Origin: Flavobacteriales bacterium
GTDB taxonomy: Bacteria > Bacteroidota > Bacteroidia > Flavobacteriales_F > PHOS-HE28
NCBI GenBank assembly: GCA_017987115.1
Contig: JAGNUG010000001.1
Coordinates: 33,405 to 97,404 of the forward strand
Direction: 5' to 3'
Length of the DNA: 64,000 nt
Numbering within the stretch: the stretch's first letter is position 1; the number at the start of each line of letters is the position of its first letter. The notes under the pieces were generated by a model, which saw nothing but the letters and a program-made list of their open reading frames with translations, did no database searches and had not been told where the DNA came from. A program made the position numbers and the translations under genes. Positions 59,202 through 64,000 of this stretch are shown piece by piece.

Positions 59202-60032
59202 ATGAGTTACGAACCTCTCCGTCCTATCGGTATCCATTGGATACTTCTATGTGTCTTATTCAGTACTTCATGTGCTTCATCAAAAGTCTATCAGGTCTTC
59301 GAGGCTAGCAGTGAGAATGTCAGCACATCAAATGGCTTCTATGTCTATGAGAATGACGACGTTCAGGTTATGTATGATTTCTGGGGTTATGGTGGGCGTG
59401 TTGCCTTCAGGCTTACCAATAAAACGGATGCTCCATTGACCATCGACTGGACAAAGAGCCATCTGGTCCATGATGAAATTTCCTACGACTATTGGAACGA
59501 TACTGAAGAAACGTCTTCTTTCTATTTCTCCAATTCATCAAGTTACGGAACGTCTAATTCCACCTTACAATTCAACCCTTTGGATGTCGCGGTAGCAACT
59601 GTAGCGAGAGGAAGTCGCAATTCCTCGTCGCAAACGACCACAGTGCGCAGCAAGCCAAAGCAGACCACACACCTACCGCCGCATAGTTCGATCGAGCTCG
59701 AGGGGTTGAGGATCATGTCCTCAATGCTCTTCGACTGTGACTATAACTGGGCCACAGCGAAGAAAACCCAGAACTACAAAAGGACTTACACGTCAGTAGA
59801 TTCGCCGTTGCATTTCAGAAATTACTTGAGTTATTCCACTCAGTACCCGGATGCGCAGCCGCATATCATCGATAATGATTTCTACATCTCCTCGGCTGAA
59901 TTCGTCTCGGAAAAGGGATACTGGGGGCCTCAGGAAAAGAAGATGAATTGCACGGTTTCTGGTTTACCTGTCGTGAATTATCAGCGTGAGCGAATGTTCA
60001 AGAAGGCTGTTTCCTGGTATTTGGTGGAATAA
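59202..60032 (+). CDS. Hypothetical lipoprotein
   Basis: The lipoprotein signal is LLCVLFSTSC. The protein is Ser/Thr/Asn-rich. No family was recognised. Confidence 0.45.
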   Translation: MSYEPLRPIGIHWILLCVLFSTSCASSKVYQVFEASSENVSTSNGFYVYENDDVQVMYDFWGYGGRVAFRLTNKTDAPLTIDWTKSHLVHDEISYDYWNDTEETSSFYFSNSSSYGTSNSTLQFNPLDVAVATVARGSRNSSSQTTTVRSKPKQTTHLPPHSSIELEGLRIMSSMLFDCDYNWATAKKTQNYKRTYTSVDSPLHFRNYLSYSTQYPDAQPHIIDNDFYISSAEFVSEKGYWGPQEKKMNCTVSGLPVVNYQRERMFKKAVSWYLVE

Positions 60033-60145
60033 ATGTGAAGGCTAAAGTTGCGTAAGGTCTGCGTCTTCGAGATCCCGCGCTTTCCGCATAAATCGTCCCA
60101 CGATCTCTGTGCGATACATAAGTGACTTTAGCTTAATTTACCGGC

Positions 60146-60736
60146 ATGACTGCTTTTAGCATTTACGAAGCGATAGATGAGATCAAAGCAAAATTCAATG
60201 TTCGGTTCCATTCGAAGAAGGACGGTAGTGTGCCTGATACTGTAGAGGGCCGTAAGAATTGGACATGGGCGATCAAGAAGGCATTCATTGAGTTGGGCGA
60301 TCACAATGGCTACAAAGTTTGTACAGCGTGCAACGATGGACAACATGCAGACCTAAAAAAAGGAAATATTGAGTGTGTTGAATGGGGCGAGTGGCTCTAT
60401 GATCTGGTTTGGTACACGGATGTGATCTATAACGCACCGCTAACAACGCGCACACTATCCGTCCCACTTGTAGTGGAGTGCGAATGGGACAATTCCATTA
60501 GTGCCATTGCAATGGATTTTGATAAGCTACTTGTGGCAAATGCAGATCTGCGTGTTTTGGTCTGTAGCGCTTACAACAATTTCCCAGCGCAGCACATCAT
60601 TGATTATTGCGAAGCCGCGGTTCGCGGATATGAACAGGGCAGGAAAGGAGACTGTTTTTTGTTGTGCATCATGGATGGGCGTATCGTCGACGGCAAGAAG
60701 GTGACCTTATTTCACACAATTGTCAAGATCCAATGA
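60146..60736 (+). CDS. Hypothetical cytoplasmic protein
   Basis: The ORF is 196 aa. I recognise no family. Confidence 0.4.
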   Translation: MTAFSIYEAIDEIKAKFNVRFHSKKDGSVPDTVEGRKNWTWAIKKAFIELGDHNGYKVCTACNDGQHADLKKGNIECVEWGEWLYDLVWYTDVIYNAPLTTRTLSVPLVVECEWDNSISAIAMDFDKLLVANADLRVLVCSAYNNFPAQHIIDYCEAAVRGYEQGRKGDCFLLCIMDGRIVDGKKVTLFHTIVKIQ

Positions 60737-61206
60737 ATGTCAAAACGATCATTCAACTTATCATGTTTGGCGCGTTGCTCGTTTCATGTAATTCGGCAGT
60801 TCAACAAGAGCAGGGCAAGGAGCGAAGAATGCTATTGGCCCAAGTAGATTCATTAAAGACGACAGGAGAGCACGGATACTTTATTGCGACTTATTTAGTA
60901 GGGCGTTACAACACACGGCGTTTCTATAAAATGCCCATCAATATTGTTGTGCAACGCTTGCAAGCGGATCTGACCGATGTGCCCTTTGGGCTTGAGATAA
61001 TTGATAGCACGACATACAAAGTAGTGGTGCCAAGAAACGGAACAGCCGTATCTATGATCGGTGAATTTGGTAAACCATTGGTTACGCCGGAATTTGAATG
61101 GATAATGGATCTGGAGGCGTTCATGGCAGCTTCATTAGAAGCGAACAAACAGGTGGCCAAGATGACAACCGCTTTTTCATATGAATTTCGCGTGTTCCCG
61201 TATTGA
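60733..61206 (+). CDS. Hypothetical lipoprotein
   Basis: The ATG at 60733 overlaps the upstream stop. The lipoprotein signal is MNVKTIIQLIMFGALLVSC. Confidence 0.45.
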   Translation: MNVKTIIQLIMFGALLVSCNSAVQQEQGKERRMLLAQVDSLKTTGEHGYFIATYLVGRYNTRRFYKMPINIVVQRLQADLTDVPFGLEIIDSTTYKVVVPRNGTAVSMIGEFGKPLVTPEFEWIMDLEAFMAASLEANKQVAKMTTAFSYEFRVFPY

Positions 61207-61367
61207 CCCGCCTTGTAAACCTACGCAAGCTTTGGTCAAAACCGCAACGTCTTCGTTTTCGGGGCCCTGCACCGCTGCACCCGTGCGCAGGTGGTGAACA
61301 ACCCGTACCTACGTTCTGAACCGCAGGCACGCCCAATGCGCGTAGAACCGGAGGTGGTCCAGCAGCT

Positions 61368-62975
61368 TCAATAATCCAGATACAACAGATCGCCTGGCTG
61401 TGGGCGGTCAGGAAACCCTTTGGTTCTCTTCCACATCGCTGTTCCTGTTGTGTCATACAACGTGAGTACCTTCCCACTCACATTGATATCGTAAGCGAAG
61501 GCCGCTTCAGGCCGGGGTTCTTGGCGAGCCATTTCCGTCGAGTCGGTCAATAGACTTACCACGCATGCTGCGCATGTATCTTCCGTTCTATGGTAAGCCA
61601 GTTTAGCCCAGATACGTTCCGACCATTGTCGCTGTCCCGCGATGCCCTTGTACTCACGCATGAACCGCAATGGAGTCCCCTTCACGAGTATCGCACCACT
61701 ATCAAGGCGGAAGGTGAGCTGCTCATCCTGAACAACTAGGACGCGCGCTTGGATCGTCCATGCTTTTGTGGACATGTACATTGCTTGCACAAGCGGACCG
61801 ATGGAATGGTCCATGCTGGTAGAAGTGAGAACCATGTTTTTGCCGGCTATTGAGGGCGATTTGTCGTAGTGCATGACTAGTTCCATATACATCCATACTG
61901 AATCCCCTTTCACGCCCAAGTACTTGTCCGGTGAAACATGCAGCACCCCACCCAAGCCCAGGGTGTCCCGGAAATACTCGCTGCCGATGGACCCGTTGAT
62001 GCTGTGCCGTTGATAGAGCTGTCCTTTACTGGCCAGTGATGCGCTGAGCGCTTCCTCGTCGATCACCCGGTACGGGTACAATGCGCCGATGGCCTGCGTC
62101 ATGAAGGTCTCCTTGAAGGCGATCGTGTCCACTAGGCCTGCTGCATGCGACCGGGCCAACGAATCCAGTTCAAACTGAACGTAGATGGGCCCCAACGTGG
62201 CTGGTAGATCGGGTTTTGCCGAACCTGTGATGCCCGATCGGAAAAGCAAGATGAAAAGAGCAAGAGTGCAGATACTCCCCACGGTATACAATGCTAGCTT
62301 CCTGCTCCGTTGTTTCCGGATCAGTTGCGGGACCGCCGGAGCCGGAAGTTCGCTCGGGAAAAAACCGAACAGTTCCACCGGTTCATCGATGCCCTTCAAT
62401 CTCGCCTTGCCATAAGCGGCCTGGTCGATGTTGGAACCCTTTTGCGTCTTTAGCCAGCCGACCGTGTTCTCCTGCACCGAACGGGAGGTGAGCACCTGGC
62501 CAGCGGATGCAGCGGATTCGATCCGGGCCGCCCTGTTCACATGGCCACCGAAAACATCCTTTTGCAAGGCGTTCTCTACTGCGACCTGTCCCAGATGGAT
62601 ACCGATGCGGACCTTGATGGTATAACCTCCCGAGGTCAGGTGCTCCCTATTGCCGTGCAGTGCGCGCTGGAATTCCACAGCCCGGGCAACGGCGACTGAA
62701 GGTTCCGCGAAAACGCAGAGGAATGAGTCACCGATCTGCTTCACCACAGTACCAGCGTCATCTCGACCCATGATGCGCATGAACAGTTCGTCGTGCAGAT
62801 GCCTCAGTCGTGCATACACCTCCTCGCCAAGTTGCTCCGTGGCTCTGGTGCTCCCAACTATATCCGTGAAGAGGATCGCAAGGATGGCGGTGTGCTTGTG
62901 CCGACGAAAAGTCTCGATCGACTGGAGTTCTTCTTGACTGAGCGCTCCGGTCATGGTTGCATCCCCTTCTTCCAT
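61368..62975 (-). CDS. Membrane-anchored class III adenylate/guanylate cyclase
   Basis: An N-terminal cyclase catalytic domain (ILFTDIVGSTR...KQIGDSFLCVF...RIGIHLGQV...GGHVNRAARIE) is followed by a TM helix (LALYTVGSICTLALFILLF). The C-terminal domain of about 300 aa is uncharacterised. Confidence 0.7.
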   Translation of the reverse strand: MEEGDATMTGALSQEELQSIETFRRHKHTAILAILFTDIVGSTRATEQLGEEVYARLRHLHDELFMRIMGRDDAGTVVKQIGDSFLCVFAEPSVAVARAVEFQRALHGNREHLTSGGYTIKVRIGIHLGQVAVENALQKDVFGGHVNRAARIESAASAGQVLTSRSVQENTVGWLKTQKGSNIDQAAYGKARLKGIDEPVELFGFFPSELPAPAVPQLIRKQRSRKLALYTVGSICTLALFILLFRSGITGSAKPDLPATLGPIYVQFELDSLARSHAAGLVDTIAFKETFMTQAIGALYPYRVIDEEALSASLASKGQLYQRHSINGSIGSEYFRDTLGLGGVLHVSPDKYLGVKGDSVWMYMELVMHYDKSPSIAGKNMVLTSTSMDHSIGPLVQAMYMSTKAWTIQARVLVVQDEQLTFRLDSGAILVKGTPLRFMREYKGIAGQRQWSERIWAKLAYHRTEDTCAACVVSLLTDSTEMARQEPRPEAAFAYDINVSGKVLTLYDTTGTAMWKRTKGFPDRPQPGDLLYLDY

Positions 62976-63024
62976 GGCGCGTGAAGATAAACTATACCCC
63001 TTTGGGCTCTACGCCCTGGGTCCC

Positions 63025-63140
63025 TAAACCCCCGCAGGCTCTTCATCTGCGAGCCCCTGCGTTTTTAAACCCGCGCAGGGTCTTCGGTTTCGAGACCCTA
63101 AACCGCCGCAAGGTCTTCGACTTCGAGACCTTGCGTTCTT
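63025..63140. repeat. Three tandem degenerate hairpin repeats of about 33-42 bp
   Basis: Each unit is TAAACC-[CG]CGCAGG[CG]TCTTC-loop-[TC]CGAG[AC]CC-TGCG. The third forms a perfect 10-bp stem (CGCAAGGTCT/AGACCTTGCG). The first is followed by TTTTT. Confidence 0.6.
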
Positions 63141-63300
63141 GTGGAAAAGCGGCACGATCCATAGGTAGTGGTCATGCCGAAGCTTAAATCACTTTACTGA
63201 ACATTCACTCCAAGAGCGGGAAGGAGGGCAGTGCGCACGCCTCCTTGTTCGGGACGAGCCACTTCACAGGCGGCCGAGCGAGAACAAGAGGCGCCGTTCC

Positions 63301-64000
63301 CTATTCCTTCACGAACCGTACGTAACGTACGTCGTAGGCAGCTGATGTGAGCCGGAGCAAGTAGACCCCGGAGGTCAAGGCGCTCACATCAACCGGCGTT
63401 CGCGAACGCATGGTGCCTAGGGGTAGCACTAAACGTCCGTCCAGGCCGATCACGTCGGCGCGGTAAGCGCGCGAATCGGGCAATAGCACGTTCAGCACAT
63501 CCCATGTCGGCACGGGGAAGACGAGCAGGTCCGTGGTGGTGTGGGTGAGGTCCAGGCCGGTGGAAATATCGCCTTCCGCGAAGAGGTAGGCGGACCCTGC
63601 TTCTGCGAGCGTGTTGTTCCCGAATACATCCTCATCCTCCCTTTTCGCCCCCACAATGACATGATCACTGCTGATCGCCACGCTCTCTCCGAAAACATCC
63701 ACGGTGGCCCGGTCACTGGCCACTATTTTCTGATGCAGGGCCCAATCGTAGCCTTCGCGCAAGAAGATGTACGCAGCACCGGCGTTATTGTCGAAATTGC
63801 CTCCCGTGGCGTCACGATCCTCATACCGAGCGCCTACGATGGCCCGGTCCCCGCTGATCGCCACGCTCACACCGAACTCGTCACCCTCGTCCCGGTCGCT
63901 GGCTATGGCTACGATCTTCTGCTGCTGGGTCCAAGCGCCGCCGCTATGAACGAAGATGTAGGCAGAACCGGCTTTCCATACGTAATCACCTCCAGATGCA
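63301..64000 (-). CDS. Secreted FG-GAP-like repeat protein with T9SS CTD (5' end beyond window)
   Basis: Repeats of the form AGAAYIF...DVFGESVAIS.D..IVGA resemble FG-GAP. The CTD is LLVFPVPTWD...GVYLLRLTS. The frame stays open with no stop from the GTG at 63870 to the window edge. Confidence 0.65.
   Translation of the reverse strand, partial: ASGGDYVWKAGSAYIFVHSGGAWTQQQKIVAIASDRDEGDEFGVSVAISGDRAIVGARYEDRDATGGNFDNNAGAAYIFLREGYDWALHQKIVASDRATVDVFGESVAISSDHVIVGAKREDEDVFGNNTLAEAGSAYLFAEGDISTGLDLTHTTTDLLVFPVPTWDVLNVLLPDSRAYRADVIGLDGRLVLPLGTMRSRTPVDVSALTSGVYLLRLTSAAYDVRYVRFVKE

Overview
The window is probably a Bacteroidota chromosome segment (Cytophagia/Flavobacteriia/Saprospiria-like). It is dominated by secreted proteins carrying type IX secretion system (T9SS) C-terminal sorting domains (CTDs). 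I count at least 12 such cargo genes, including one type B gliding-motility CTD, several beta-propeller and SBBP repeat proteins, a roughly 1630-aa beta-helix protein built from near-identical 447-bp tandem repeats, a two-module GEVED protein and a secreted cupredoxin.

Housekeeping blocks are interspersed among them:
- a suf Fe-S cluster assembly operon, truncated sufS at the window start followed by sufE, a DUF59/SufT gene and a DUF2480 gene;
- a long-form purF;
- a eukaryote-like kynurenine-pathway catabolic branch, with 3-hydroxyanthranilate dioxygenase and ACMS decarboxylase adjacent and a 2-aminomuconate-semialdehyde dehydrogenase 11 kb away;
- two two-component systems, one OmpR-type and one with a TPR/HisKA_2 kinase and LytTR regulator co-operonic with a secreted SBBP protein;
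- an HD-domain::PPK1 fusion sharing a CATG start-codon overlap with a divergent GHKL-like gene;
- tRNA-Ala(GGC) and a class III adenylate cyclase.

The 3' quarter is an accessory/defence-like island. It contains a 16 x 22-bp (8 x 44-bp) perfect-phase tandem direct-repeat array, an XRE regulator and a Type I R-M operon (hsdM-hsdS-hsdR). A REP-associated tyrosine transposase (RayT) sits between hsdS and hsdR. Its cognate REP-like palindromes (consensus GCCNNGCTSSAGCNNGGC) are scattered in-frame through hsdM, rayT itself and hsdR, plus a six-copy 48-bp REP array. Small uncharacterised genes follow hsdR. Both window ends cut genes.

All calls rest on reading the supplied translations and DNA against remembered family motifs. 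No database search was run.
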